A stretch of 63,734 nt of DNA, the filler included, from Thraustochytrium aureum (taxonomy: Eukaryota), in assembly GCA_012862495.1 (NCBI GenBank). It is 5 parts of 4 records of this genome, joined end to end, with 100 filler letters (N's around TTAATTAATTAA, not from the genome) between each part and the next. Parts side by side here need not be neighbours in the genome. Positions count along the whole stretch, not along the records: positions 18,648 to 49,401 come from BLSG01000451.1; positions 49,502 to 56,883 come from BLSG01000452.1; positions 56,984 to 62,409 come from BLSG01000453.1; 2 more parts are not named here. One strand, given 5' to 3'. Below the pieces are notes generated by a model. That model worked only from the letters and a program-made list of their open reading frames with translations, was not told the origin of the DNA and did no database searches. Of the stretch, positions 47,574 through 60,057 are shown one piece after another. A program made the position numbers and the translations under genes. Every line of letters starts with the position of its first letter. The first letter of the stretch is position 1.

Positions 47574-48868
47574 CCAAGCCGCGGGGTACTTGAGCTATCA
47601 CCGTGTTGTCCACCGCTGAGCTGTGGTGTTTTCGTTGTGCTGCTGTTCTTTGCGCCGTCCACGGTGGTGCTCTTTTTGGTCAGAACGTGGCTGCGTTCGG
47701 GGTTTGCAATGACCAAGTGCTCCGACACTGAACTGCAGTAGAAAGGTGCAAAGCGCTCCACTCGCAAAGAAAAGGGACCCGGCCGAAGCCCGAAAGTGGC
47801 GGGGTCCTGTGGCTGCGCGTGTCCCCCGTCCCAAATTCGTGAGGGGTTGGATGAACGCTCACCTGTGCTGTTTGAACGGGCTACAGAGAGCGAGAGAACC
47901 TCCACCAATGGCCTTAAAACACAAGTCTCGAGGGCGCTGCTCGTGAGACTCCACGCGCCTCGGCGGTGGCCATAAGGTGGAGCTCCGGAACACGAGTCTC
48001 TTGAACGTTTTGATTGAAAGATGAACGATTACATTGTTGCTGATCAGGTCTTGCTGGAGGAACGAGTACTCGAGTACAGAGTAGAATGTTGAGACATCCT
48101 CCTTGGCTGAGAGTACTCGAGTACCCTAGCACTGCGAAGCTCAACCGCCGGCGGTTGATGGCGGGCGCCGACCACCTTCCCACATGATGGTGAGGCGTCA
48201 GTGACTCAGATCTGCGCTGAAACTCTGATCACTCAGGCTGGCACTGATGCACAAGGTCAACACAAACACAAGGTCAACACTCCCAGCACTTCCCCAGTCG
48301 TCCTCAGGCTGGACCTGAAGAGTGGCGAAGGAAAGAGTTTGGGTTTGGGTCTTGTCACTCTTGTCGGAACCTCCTTGCGTTCAGCGTCCGTGACATCGAT
48401 CGTGACTGGGGGCAACTCATCAGCGTGGCACGCGCAGCCGGAGCGTTCTTCTCTCTCCGAGTCCATCCGCCACGCAGCCGTCTGCCCTCAGTCCGCTGGA
48501 CGAACGACTTCGCGCTACCGAACTCGGACCTGTGCAGCTGTTCATTGTTCGTGAACATTTTGTCTTCTTCGTGTTCAGTGTTTTCAAATTGTTGACGGGC
48601 AACGCACTTTGGGAGCGCGCAACGTCAGGCACACTCTTCGGCGAGCTGCCCTTCCTTTTGCTGGCGATGGCGCAGGGCTCCAGCAGACCCGCATCGCGAC
48701 TGGCAACGAAACCGAGCAGCAGACCTGGCTTGAAGACATAGAGCGCCGAAGGGAGCTCGCGACCCAGGAGAAGGAGGAGGACGAGGAGGACCTGCCGCGG
48801 GCTCGCGCGGAACCAAGCCGCTCGGCCTCGACGAGTCTGTGCTCTTCTGGAGCCAGCTAGCTAGAGAG

Positions 48869-49401
48869 ATGGACCCGCTTGCAAGGCACCGGCCAAGCGC
48901 CTCCGCCGCGTGCCCAAGGCGCCGCGCGGGCGACGAGGACCGAGCCGAGGCCCGCAAAAAGGCGCGCTGCAGCGGCGCAGGATCACCAAGGTCGCCGCAG
49001 CAAGCAGCGATCGGCAGCGCGAACGGCATCCTCGTGCTGACAGCCTTGACGCGCATGTTGGACCAGACCTACGAAGAGCAGCCCGAAGGCGCGCCCTGCC
49101 GGCGGCAGGTCTTGGACAGCATCTGCACCCTCTTGGACGCCCAGCTTGGCCTAGAGGCCTCGATCGTGCCTTATGTCGCGTTTGCGGCGCCACGGTCCTC
49201 TACAGGCGACACCGGGGGACCGCGGAGCTTTGTAGAAGCGCTGGTTCCGCACGTCGCCTGCCACGCGCTTGTCTCCATAGCAAGGGTTCCGCGCGACTTG
49301 GCGCAGCTGGTGAGCGAGGAAATCGAGAGGTCCGCCCGCGCACAACGGGGCGTGGCCTCACCGCGCGCTGGCGAGCGGTGCAAACGGCCCGACCCACGCG
49401 A
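48869..49401 (+). CDS. Hypothetical protein, N-terminal fragment at scaffold end
   Basis: ATG at 48869, open to the scaffold edge, with helical-looking segments. No motif recognised. Confidence 0.3.
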
Positions 49402-49501
49402 NNNNNNNNNNNNNNNNNNNNNNNNNNNNNNNNNNNNNNNNNNNNTTAATTAATTAANNNNNNNNNNNNNNNNNNNNNNNNNNNNNNNNNNNNNNNNNNN
49501 N
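49402..49501. other. Artificial scaffold linker
   Basis: TTAATTAATTAA at 49446-49457 within Ns. Confidence 0.95.
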
Positions 49502-50189
49502 GGCCGCCATCCAGGGTGACTCGGACTTGGACCATGATGTCCCAAGCGCACGACGGCGAAGTGACCGGCTTTTGCGGGTCGGGGCAGCCCAAGGTCCACT
49601 CTACCGGCTTGGGCAAGACTGGCGTTTTCGACACCAGCACCAGCTCGCCGTCTCGGCTCTCGACCTGGCCGCCAGTCATAATGTCGAGATCGTTTCCGTC
49701 CATGTCCAAGTATTGGACTCGCGTGTCCCCCGTCCCACTTGTAAAGAGGTTGCTCAAGCGAAACACGACCTCTCGCCTGGCGTTGATGTTGTAGATGCCA
49801 GCGCGCAGGCTCTTTGCTTCGCTCTCCTCGTGGCTCTGCAGCGTCACTTGGCCAAAGACGTAGATGGCAATTCCATTTGCATCGCACTGGGTTGTGTTGG
49901 AGATTTCGTCCACGACCCGCAGTCGAATCAGTGATCCAACGGCAAAGGTGTCAGATGGCACGACGGCGCGCGCTCCGCGAGCGTCGTATTCGATGCTTGC
50001 CAGGACCTCAGCTGAGCCATCAGTGAGGGCGACCACCGAGTTGGCTCCAAAGCCGGAGCCCTGTATGGTCAGGGTCGCGTTGGCAGATGCCAGGATTGAG
50101 GCTGGTTTTGCCCCGCTGATGGAGCACGCTGACGCAGTCTGCAGACCAATGAGAGCCACGATGACCGTGGCAGCAAATCGTGTCGCCAT
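49502..50189 (-). CDS. Secreted/surface protein with IPT/TIG-like beta-sandwich domains (3' truncated at scaffold edge)
   Basis: Signal peptide MATRFAATVIVALIGLQTASA, then ISGAKP.S......TLTIQGSGFG (IPT pattern). A second unit ends in SKTP...VQVRVTLDGG. Confidence 0.65.
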
Positions 50190-50311
50190 CTTTGGCGCGA
50201 CTGCTCGCAAGGCTGAAAGCGAATGGGGAACGGCGACTTTTGCACAGGCGGTGTGTTTTGTCGCGCGGTGCGCTCTGTCTTGCGCGCTCAGGCTTCGATT
50301 TCGTTGCTGTA

Positions 50312-50345
50312 AATGGGGTGAATGGGGTGAATGGGGTGAATGGGG
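50312..50345 (+). repeat. 9-bp tandem repeat AATGGGGTG, about 4 copies
   Basis: Four GGGG runs with 5-nt TGAAT loops. Confidence 0.9.
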
Positions 50346-52589
50346 ACTGCGCTGCCTTGTGATTGGCACACGACGGGTGCCTCGTTCACTGCGATGGGAA
50401 ATAGCGCCTTGTTGACAAAGGGGTTGCGCCCTATTTCGATTTCGCGCGCGCAGGCTTTGGATTCGTTGCTGAGAGTGGGGACTGGGCTTTCTTCTGTTCT
50501 GTTTGCTGTTTGAGCCAAGCCATGCGGCAGATGGTGCCTCGTTCACTTTTGCGTCACTCGCGTCTCATGGCCATCTCAGTCTCTCCAAGTAGTTGCTCCG
50601 GCGAAGTTGAGAGAGAGAAATCTCTACTCGTAGACGGAGTTGTTTCCACTTGGCTTGCGTTGCCCTACTTGCAGCCGTGCTTCCAACGAGCCTCAAGCGG
50701 GATAAGCCGCCCGATAACCGTTTCGCAAACCGACCTCGCCAGAAACAGAACACTGATGTTTGGGAGAGTCGATGTTCACCCAAGGTGGCGAGCGATTTCA
50801 AGGTCAACGAATCTCTTCGGCTCTTCCCCGTCACGAACCTGAGTAGGCCTATGTGCGTCTGACCACAACCTCCTTGAGAAAGAAGGCCGGCTTATTGTAA
50901 GAATAATTCTGTTCTTGCATCTACTGGCAAGTATCAACGGATGCAACGGACAAGTGAAGGACAATGGCTCACAGAAACAAGTTGACTGGCTTCGACGAGC
51001 AGGGCCCTCTCTACTCGGACTGGAGTAGCTCAAGGCGTAGCTGTTGCTCCGTTTCGCCCGCCACCAGCAGAGCTGTCCTACTAAAAACGGCTCTGGCAGC
51101 ATCTTCTTTGCGGCGTAGCGACGGACGCTTCGCGGCCAGTTACTGGCGTCTGCCAGGTAGTGGTGACGCTGCCGGCCGAGTACTGGTGGCGACGTGCGGC
51201 CAGAGGCGTTGGAGTTGCTGCAGTCTGGAAGTGACGAGCAACCGAGAGTCTCGACAATGTAGCTCGTAGAGCGGAGAAAAGCACCGGGCCGCGGAGGTCC
51301 CATAGTGTCCCAACAGCAGCTGTTCAAGCATACAGCTTGAGAGGCGCTTTCGAAAAGGCCAATCAGGCGGGCGAATGCGTTCGCCTCATTGTGAAATAAG
51401 CCGACAACGCCTGCCTGTTCGAACAGTGACGAGCCAGGCAACGGCTGTGCATCCGAAGCAGAAGAACAGTGCAGCCTCGCGCAGCAACGGCTCTAGCTAG
51501 GTAGTTCACTCTCTCCATAGATGAGCTTTATTGGCGTTTTCTGCGAGAGACGCGGGACAAGGCGCCGGCCAAGCACAGTGGACCGCTTTCCATTAATGCC
51601 GAACGCCGTGCTCGTTGGTCCGAATCGAGGCCGAGCTAGCATTGACAGAGTGTTGCCGAGACCTCAAGCGAGCGACCAAGTTGCACTCAACCTTGCGGAA
51701 ACCGCAGGAACAGAAAATGCCGGCCCCACGCCGCGCCTCTGCCTGGGCGCCATACCGAAGCGTTTTCAACACCGCGGTGAGCGTGAATTGACTCGTGCCG
51801 CTCTGGCGCATTCGCCCCGTGATGGCCTCGACATGCACAGCCTGCTTGGGCAAGCAGTTCGCGACAGCCAGAAGGCGGAGCCCGAGCCGACGAAAGCCGT
51901 CGGTGGACCCGTTGACATTTTTTTGCCGCCGCTGCCGGCCTGCCATCCCTGCACGTTTTGATTGCCTGCGGCCCGTTTTGATCGATTGAACAAGCAAGGA
52001 GCAGCTCAACGCAAGAGGGAGTCCAAGTAGCCTTGCGCAAATCACAAAGAAGGACCGTCGTCCTTTTGGAGTAGTTGTGGCGTGCAAGCCGCTCTAGCTC
52101 TAGGGGCTTGGCGTNNNNNNNNNNNNNNNNNNNNNNNNNNNNNNNNNNNNNNNNNNNNNNNNNNNNNNNNNNNNNNNNNNNNNNNNNNNNNNNNNNNNNN
52201 NNNNNNNNNNNNNNNNNNNNNNNNNNNNNNNNNNNNNNNNNNNNNNNNNNNNNNNNNNNNNNNNNNNNNNNNNNNNNNNNNNNNNNNNNNNNNNNNNNNN
52301 NNNNNNNNNNNNNNNNNNNNNNNNNNNNNNNNNNNNNNNNNNNNNNNNNNNNNNNNNNNNNNNNNNNNNNNNNNNNNNNNNNNNNNNNNNNNNNNNNNNN
52401 NNNNNNNNNNNNNNNNNNNNNNNNNNNNNNNNNNNNNNNNNNNNNNNNNNNNNNNNNNNNNNNNNNNNNNNNNNNNNNNNNNNNNNNNNNNNNNNNNNNN
52501 NNNNNNNNNNNNNNNNNNNNNNNNNNNNNNNNNNNNNNNNNNNNNNNNNNNNNNNNNNNNNNNNNNNNNNNNNNNNNNNNNNNNNNNNG

Positions 52590-54972
52590 CTAACCGCTCG
52601 CAGACCCGGCTTGCCGTCGTGTCTAGGGCTCGGGCCGGGATCATCGACTTGGCCGCGCTGAGCAGCGCGCGGGCCCTTAGCAACACCAAGCTGCACGGCA
52701 CGCTCGAAAGCGAGGGCCCCGAGCTGTGGCGCCTCTCGCTCAAGTCTGCCTCCGGGCTCTCGCTCGTTGCCGCAATCGACTGCCGCAATGAGGCCATGGA
52801 CGGCATGCTGGATGGCGTCCCGGACTTTCGCCGCGCAGAGTTTACGCTGGCGCAAGAGAATGCTGGCGGCGAGGAGTGCCCGCTCGCCGCTGGCCAGAGG
52901 TGGCTCGGCACCTGCGAGATGCACCGCAGCGGCTTTGCCTCGAACGCCATGGACATGGCCCTCGCTGTTGAGAGTGTGGCACCCCTGGCCGGCAGCAAGG
53001 GCAAGCGGTACAGAGTGTGCGCCACGGCCGGCGACGCTATTGTTCGCCTCGTGGACAACACCGCCATTTCATCTAGCCCAGACCCCATCGTGGCCGCTGC
53101 CTGGATCCCCACGCGAGATGAGCAACTTGTGCTTCTGACGCGCGGAGGGGTGTTGCGCGTCTACGACGCGGCGGGGCCCGTCGACCTCCCGGTCTCGACG
53201 CGCCGCCTCCCTCTTGCTGCGCTCGGCTCTCGCTGGTGCACTGCGCTTGCCTTTGGCGCGAGCACGGCCTGCCGCGACGAGCCTGGGTCTTGCGGCATTC
53301 TCGCGCTGTGCCGGCGGCTGACTGGGTACGTGCTGTGCGACGACGGCGCCGTGTTGGCCGTGGCGCCCGTTGGCATCCACTCGCTCGACAGCCCCGAGCT
53401 CCTCGCTTTGAAAGACGCGCTCCTTGAGGAGCAAACCGAAAACCCCACGCTCGACCCAGAGGAAGTCTTGGCGTGGGCCTCCGGCGCGGGGGCGCCGAGC
53501 GCGCCAGTGCTGGTCTGCGCGCCTGGGCCCTCGCCCGCCGAGCGCATCGCGCAGCAAGAGGGCTCGCCGCCCTCGCCCTCGCAGCACGGCGCTGGCGCTG
53601 TGAGTCTCGTGGCCTTGCTGCACCGCAACAGCCCCGTGGTGTCTTTCCTTCGCGGATGGTCATGTGGCCGGGTGGATAGCCTGGCGTTTGCTCCCCCAGT
53701 TCTCCCAGGGAGGGCAGGACGCCCTCGGGCACTCCCGAAGGCGCTTGGGGCGCCGGCCTCCCTCTCGTCTCTTCCAGGATCCGTCCAGAGCCCGCAGCAG
53801 CGCGCCGGGCTCGAGCAGGCGTCGCGGCGAGACTCACCGCTGCGCGACCTCACGAGCAAGCTCTCGCGCGCGCTCGCCCAGTCCGATAGTCCGCTCAAGT
53901 CGCGGTCCGGGCCAGCGGACCTCGTGCCATCAGGCCCCGCCGAGCTCGACCGGACTGCGCTTGTTCCCGTGGAGGAGACGGCTGCTGCTGGCCAAGACGC
54001 AAGCGAGGCGCCTCGTGTCGTCCGTGCAGACTATTGCGCGCAGCTCGTGGGCTGCACGGAGCTCCTCTTGGGCTCGGCGCCGTCGCTGACGCCCAGCCCA
54101 GTGTACCCTGACTCGGTGATTTGCACCCCGTTTGAAGGTGGCGTGGCGCAGCTCGTCTGGGTCCCCTGGGCCAACCCAGACTTTGAGTCGGGCCAAAACG
54201 GCGGCAGCGCCTTTCCGCGCGTATTTTCCCGTTTGCTTGATGGAGTTCTGGTGCCGTCGCGGGGCTCGTCGGCCGTCGTCGTGGAGCCCGGCGTGGGCCA
54301 CCTCTTCGTGTATTGCCCCACAGCGAGCCAGCTAGCTTGCCTAGACCTGAGTTCGGCGAGCGTCAACATCCGCGGGGCCCTCGCGGTGGCGCTGGTTAAC
54401 GAGCAGCTGCAAAACCAGCTGCTCGCGGACGAGTCTGTGACAAAGGACGACGAAACCGCGTCTGGGGAGCTCGAGGCGCTGCAGCAGCACTTTGCCGAGC
54501 AATTGCAGCGGCTCTCGGCCATCCCGAAAGCCCTTGGCAAGGTCAAGGTGCTGGACCCGAGCAACCCTCCCGCGATGAGCCTCGCGATCTGCAGCTGGCT
54601 GCGGGAGTTGTCCGACTGCCTCCTCTATGGGAGCAGCGGGGACGGTGGAGCAGCGCCGGCTACGGGTCTCATGCAGGCCCTTCGCGCGGTTTTGAGCTGG
54701 TCAAGCGCAGGCTGGAGGAGCAAGACAAGACGTTTCTCATGCAGCAGGAGGCTCTGCAGAACGTTGAAATGTCTCTCAGGAACGCCCATGCTGACATCCA
54801 GACCCTGAGCGAGCGGACCGAGAAGATTGTCAGCATCCAGGAGGTCACCGCAGAGGGCCTTGAGGACCTGGGCAAGGTGGCTGCTGAGCTGCGTCCGCCA
54901 GCTGCCAAAGAAGACCGACGCTTTGCCGAGTTTGTGGCCGAGGTCGGGAAGGATGTCGAAAGGCTCGCAGTG
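52590..54972 (+). CDS. Nup88/Nup82-like nucleoporin (beta-propeller plus coiled coil; both ends in gaps; frameshift near 54690)
   Basis: IVAAAWIP..DEQLVLLTRGGVLRVYD and YVLCDDGAVLAVAPV resemble conserved Nup88/82 propeller motifs (WHP...LxxLTxDxxLRxY; GDxYxxxP). C-terminal heptad-rich region. Confidence 0.6.
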
Positions 54973-55803
54973 NNNNNNNNNNNNNNNNNNNNNNNNNNNN
55001 NNNNNNNNNNNNNNNNNNNNNNNNNNNNNNNNNNNNNNNNNNNNNNNNNNNNNNNNNNNNNNNNNNNNNNNNNNNNNNNNNNNNNNNNNNNNNNNNNNNN
55101 NNNNNNNNNNNNNNNNNNNNNNNNNNNNNNNNNNNNNNNNNNNNNNNNNNNNNNNNNNNNNNNNNNNNNNNNNNNNNNNNNNNNNNNNNNNNNNNNNNNN
55201 NNNNNNNNNNNNNNNNNNNNNNNNNNNNNNNNNNNNNNNNNNNNNNNNNNNNNNNNNNNNNNNNNNNNNNNNNNNNNNNNNNNNNNNNNNNNNNNNNNNN
55301 NNNNNNNNNNNNNNNNNNNNNNNNNNNNNNNNNNNNNNNNNNNNNNNNNNNNNNNNNNNNNNNNNNNNNNNNNNNNNNNNNNNNNNNNNNNNNNNNNNNN
55401 NNNNNNNNNNNNNNNNNNNNNNNNNNNNNNNNNNNNNNNNNNNNNNNNNNNNNNNNNNNNNNNNNNNNNNNNNNNNNNNNNNNNNNNNNNNNNNNNNNNN
55501 NNNNNNNNNNNNNNNNNNNNNNNNNNNNNNNNNNNNNNNNNNNNNNNNNNNNNNNNNNNNNNNNNNNNNNNNNNNNNNNNNNNNNNNNNNNNNNNNNNNN
55601 NNNNNNNNNNNNNNNNNNNNNNNNNNNNNNNNNNNNNNNNNNNNNNNNNNNNNNNNNNNNNNNNNNNNNNNNNNNNNNNNNNNNNNNNNNNNNNNNNNNN
55701 NNNNNNNNNNNNNNNNNNNNNNNNNNNNNNNNNNNNNNNNNNNNNNNNNNNNNNNNNNNNNNNNNNNNNNNNNNNNNNNNNNNNNNNNNNNNNNNNNNNN
55801 NNN

Positions 55804-56061
55804 CTACTGTTGACCTCGAGCGCGGCCGCAGACCAGTACTCGGACGATGACGAGGAGGAGTCGACCAGCGACGGGGACTTGCGCCGAGGTCACTCGACGC
55901 GCATGGTGAAAGTTGCTCTGGTCGCCTTTGAGCGCGTTGGCACAGACGAGGCTTGGTCGCATGGCTGCATCGTCTGCGCCGAGGGTTCGCAAGTCTTCGA
56001 CGCCTGCGAGGCGCTGCTTGTGGCGGCCGCGTCTGGGGCGCAGCCGCAACGAGTCATCTAG
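55804..56061 (+). CDS. Possible C-terminal fragment of an unknown gene
   Basis: Open frame from the gap to TAG at 56061, converging on the AP-4 sigma gene. No motif. Confidence 0.3.
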   Translation, partial: LLLTSSAAADQYSDDDEEESTSDGDLRRGHSTRMVKVALVAFERVGTDEAWSHGCIVCAEGSQVFDACEALLVAAASGAQPQRVI

Positions 56062-56141
56062 CAAGAGACCAACCGCCGCGGCTGGGGGTCGTCGCTTTGA
56101 TTGATCAAGGAAGGAGAAGAACTACACGAGACTTTTGCGTT

Positions 56142-56725
56142 TCACTTCGTGGTCTTGTCCAGGAGCTGAATGGGCTTGAGAATGTTGGCCTTGTTCGTCT
56201 CAACGATGTGCCCGCACATGACCATCTCGTCCAGGATAAAGTGCGCCTTTTCCAAGTTGAACATGAGGTCTCTGTAGCGAGCAGTTCGCGGCGCGCGGCC
56301 GGGCGTCAGCGGCACGGGCCCACGCCAAGCGCGCGTTTCGGCCCTCCTCGGCAAGCCTGCCCCCCGCAAGCCTGCCCTCCTTTCCGTTCTTCCAGCAAGC
56401 CGAGCAAGCGAGACAACGTACAGTTCGCACACATTCTCAAAGTACCTGTCGAGCGTCTCCACGAGGCAATGGATAAACTCGAGCGTGCCCAGCTCGTTCT
56501 CCTCGTTCTGGTCACGCCCACGATGAAAAACAGCGAGGCGTATCTCCTGTAAATGACCTTGTACCCGCGGTACTCCATAAAGCTGCACTGATTCTCCGTC
56601 CGCGCGAGACACTTGCGAATAATCTCAGCCTCCAGCGCGCCGCGCTCCTCGATGGTGAGCCACTCATAGTACGAGCTGAGCCGCGTCTGCCCCTGCTTGT
56701 TCACCATCAGCACAAACCGCAACAT
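56142..56725 (-). CDS. AP4S1: AP-4 adaptor complex sigma subunit (one intron; indel near 56513)
   Basis: MLRFVLMVNKQGQTRLS.YY...EIIRKCL.R...QCSF.EYRGYK.IYRRYASLFFIVGV...ENEL..LEFIH.LVETLDRYFENVCEL|DLMFNLEKAHFILDEMVMCG.IVETNK.NIL. VNKQGQTRL and RKCL..R...QCSF are diagnostic of sigma-4. Confidence 0.93.
56272..56421 (-). other. Spliceosomal GT-AG intron, 150 nt, in AP-4 sigma
   Basis: Minus strand CT|GTACGT...GCTACAG|A GAC CTC ATG; removal restores the conserved CELDLMF. Confidence 0.9.
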
Positions 56726-56883
56726 CCTACCCGCCCGCCGCCGCGCGGCACACCAGCGCCGCCCCGCGCCCAGCCAGGCCCCCAACCAGCACGCAACCAG
56801 CGCAGCAGCCAGCCGTCGCGCGTCCGGCCACCCCGTGCGCCGCGCCCGCCCCCGCGCCCAATCCGCATCTGCCAAGCCCATCG

Positions 56884-56983
56884 NNNNNNNNNNNNNNNNN
56901 NNNNNNNNNNNNNNNNNNNNNNNNNNNTTAATTAATTAANNNNNNNNNNNNNNNNNNNNNNNNNNNNNNNNNNNNNNNNNNNN
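56884..56983. other. Artificial scaffold linker
   Basis: TTAATTAATTAA at 56928-56939 within Ns. Confidence 0.95.
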
Positions 56984-59900
56984 ACAGCTTGGAAATGAGT
57001 CAACAGCTGGTCGGCGTCGGCCTTGCAGTTGGCGAGGAGAACGAGGTGATGACCGAGGACCACCGTCAGATGCCGAGCTGGCAGGTCGCGCTGGGGATTG
57101 GCCAAGTCGAGATTCTGCGCGACCCAAAAGGCGTCGTGCGGCACCTTGGCGGCGAGCTAGCCTCGAGCGCAAAAGACACGCTGATGCTGGCCTCGGTTCG
57201 CTGGATGCTGCAGACGAGCAGGGCTTCGAGCGCGTTGCCATTTTCTGTGATGCGCGCAATTCTGGAGCCAAACACCTTTTTGAGCAGCGCGGAGAGCCAT
57301 CGAGCAACTTCAGGAGGGCGCATCAAGTCGTTCGTGCCCCTTCGGCAGAACCGGTCGTTTGAGCAGTACTCTGCGGCAATCGTCGAGATCTTGCTCGTTC
57401 TGTTGCAGCTTCCGTCAGACGTGCTCTGTAGCAACGAAGCCGGCCGAGTGGTCAAGGATGCGATTGAGCGGCTTCGTTCGGCGATCGGCGGCGTCAACGC
57501 CGTCGCGCCAGTTGCGCTGGGCAACCTAACGCGTGAAGCTGTTGAGGTGGCACATGCCACCTACAAGGAGATCGAGGAGATGTTCTCGATCAAGCGCAGG
57601 AGAGCGAAGACGACGACGACGATGACGAGGGCGAGGGCGAGGGCGAGGAGGGCCTGGCGCCGATGGAGGGCGAGCTAGATGGGGTTTACGCGTTGGAGGA
57701 CGACGACGAGCTGGACGAGGAGGAGGTGGACGCGCTAGAGGCCGGCGTCGAGGACGAGCTGGACGACATTGAAGTGTTCCAGGGGCGCGGTTCGAAGAGA
57801 TACACTAGGTGGGGCGTCCGGTTTCAGAGCGAAAGTGTATACCAAAGCCCGCCGCTTGGCGAGGTTTCGGACAAGCAAAATAGCGTCGTCACAGCCATCC
57901 ACGAGGTCCTGGCCAGCTTGGTGCAACACGGGGACAGCATGCTTGCAAGCAGAGACGATATGCTGTTCACGAACGTGCTCTTTTGCCTGATCGTCAACAA
58001 AAGGAACGGCCTCTGGCGCACTGGGGTGGTCATCACCAAGGTTTTGGCAGCGCTCGTCTACGCGCTCCGACTGGCCGTTTGCGGAGAGCTCGTCCGTCTG
58101 GGCAAGGACTCGAGCGTGGCCGACATGGTGAACAAGGTCAAAGAGCACTTGGGTTACTTGCGAACTGACCCGAACGCCGAGGGCAAGCTCCTCTCGTTCG
58201 CGCAGCTGCTCTCCTTCAAACGACAAATGCGCGGGCGACTCGAAAGGCGCATGCCGCAGGTTTTGGAAGACGGCGACATGCTACAGGTTAGTGGGCAGCG
58301 AGTGTCCAAGCAGAAGCTCCGCGCTGACCTGCTCAAGGCCAGCGACAAATTCGAGGGCCTGCTCGTGCAAGTCTCGGGCCAGGAAGGCCACGACAACTGG
58401 ACCAGCGAGCTGCTGCAGAGCCTGGAGGTCGACGATCCAAACAGAGCCGACCCGCTTTACGGCGTTGTCGCGCACAACCACGTCGAGTTCACCGAGGCCG
58501 TGATAAGAACACTGTGCGTGGTGAGCTCGATGTTGGACCTCCCGGACGGAGCAGTAAGCCTCGTCAGCACGGCGCGCGACTTTACGCCCGCGCTCAACTG
58601 GATCGAGGACGTGGACGCCAGCGGTGTGAATAGTTGGCTCCGCGAGAAGGACGAGGTTTGCGAAGGCATCATGGCCTTGTGCCACATTCTGATGGGCGGC
58701 TCGGGTCGCTCGACGGAGGTCGTCCAGATTCTGGCAGCTGGCAGGCAAGGCCGACGTCGGTCNNNNNNNNNNNNNNNNNNNNNNNNNNNNNNNNNNNNNN
58801 NNNNNNNNNNNNNNNNNNNNNNNNNNNNNNNNNNNNNNNNNNNNNNNNNNNNNNNNNNNNNNNNNNNNNNNNNNNNNNNNNNNNNNNNNNNNNNNNNNNN
58901 NNNNNNNNNNNNNNNNNNNNNNNNNNNNNNNNNNNNNNNNNNNNNNNNNNNNNNNNNNNNNNNNNNNNNNNNNNNNNNNNNNNNNNNNNNNNNNNNNNNN
59001 NNNNNNNNNNNNNNNNNNNNNNNNNNNNNNNNNNNNNNNNNNNNNNNNNNNNNNNNNNNNNNNNNNNNNNNNNNNNNNNNNNNNNNNNNNNNNNNNNNNN
59101 NNNNNNNNNNNNNNNNNNNNNNNNNNNNNNNNNNNNNNNNNNNNNNNNNNNNNNNNNNNNNNNNNNNNNNNNNNNNNNNNNNNNNNNNNNNNNNNNNNNN
59201 NNNNNNNNNNNNNNNNNNNNNNNNNNNNNNNNNNNNNNNNNNNNNNNNNNNNNNNNNNNNNNNNNNNNNNNNNNNNNNNNNNNNNNNNNNNNNNNNNNNN
59301 NNNNNNNNNNNNNNNNNNNNNNNNNNNNNNNNNNNNNNNNNNNNNNNNNNNNNNNNNNNNNNNNNNNNNNNNNNNNNNNNNNNNNNNNNNNNNNNNNNNN
59401 NNNNNNNNNNNNNNNNNNNNNNNNNNNNNNNNNNNNNNNNNNNNNNNNNNNNNNNNNNNNNNNNNNNNNNNNNNNNNNNNNNNNNNNNNNNNNNNNNNNN
59501 NNNNNNNNNNNNNNNNNNNNNNNNNNNNNNNNNNNNNNNNNNNNNNNNNNNNNNNNNNNNNNNNNNNNNNNNNNNNNNNNNNNNNNNNNNNNNNNNNNNN
59601 NNNNNNNNNNNNNNNNNNNNNNNNNNNNNNNNNNNNNNNNNNNNNNNNNNNNNNNNNNNNNNNNNNNNNNNNNNNNNNNNNNNNNNNNNNNNNNNNNNNN
59701 NNNNNNNNNNNNNNNNNNNNNNNNNNNNNNNNNNNNNNNCCAGCAGCACGAGCAGTAGCAGCACCAGCAGCACGAGCAGTAGCAGCACCAGCAGCGCCAG
59801 CAGTGCCAGCAACCTGGGTGGCGGCCACGACGACCTATTCAACAAAAATGTGAAGAAGCAAAAGCTGGAGGAGAAGCAGGTAAACGACGGCAAGAAGAAG

Positions 59901-60022
59901 GGCGACGAAAAGAAGCAAAACGTTCAAGCCGCCACGACGACGACCACCAGCAGCTCGAGCAGCAGCACCAGCAGCATCCGCAATAGCAGCATTGCCAGCA
60001 ACAGCAACATTGCCAGCAACAG

Positions 60023-60057
<35 letters not shown>

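Noticed and set aside
50500..52114. ORFs 50776-51441 (-) and 51521-51961 (+)
   Set aside because: No motifs and atypical composition; may be intergenic or frameshifted, so not called.
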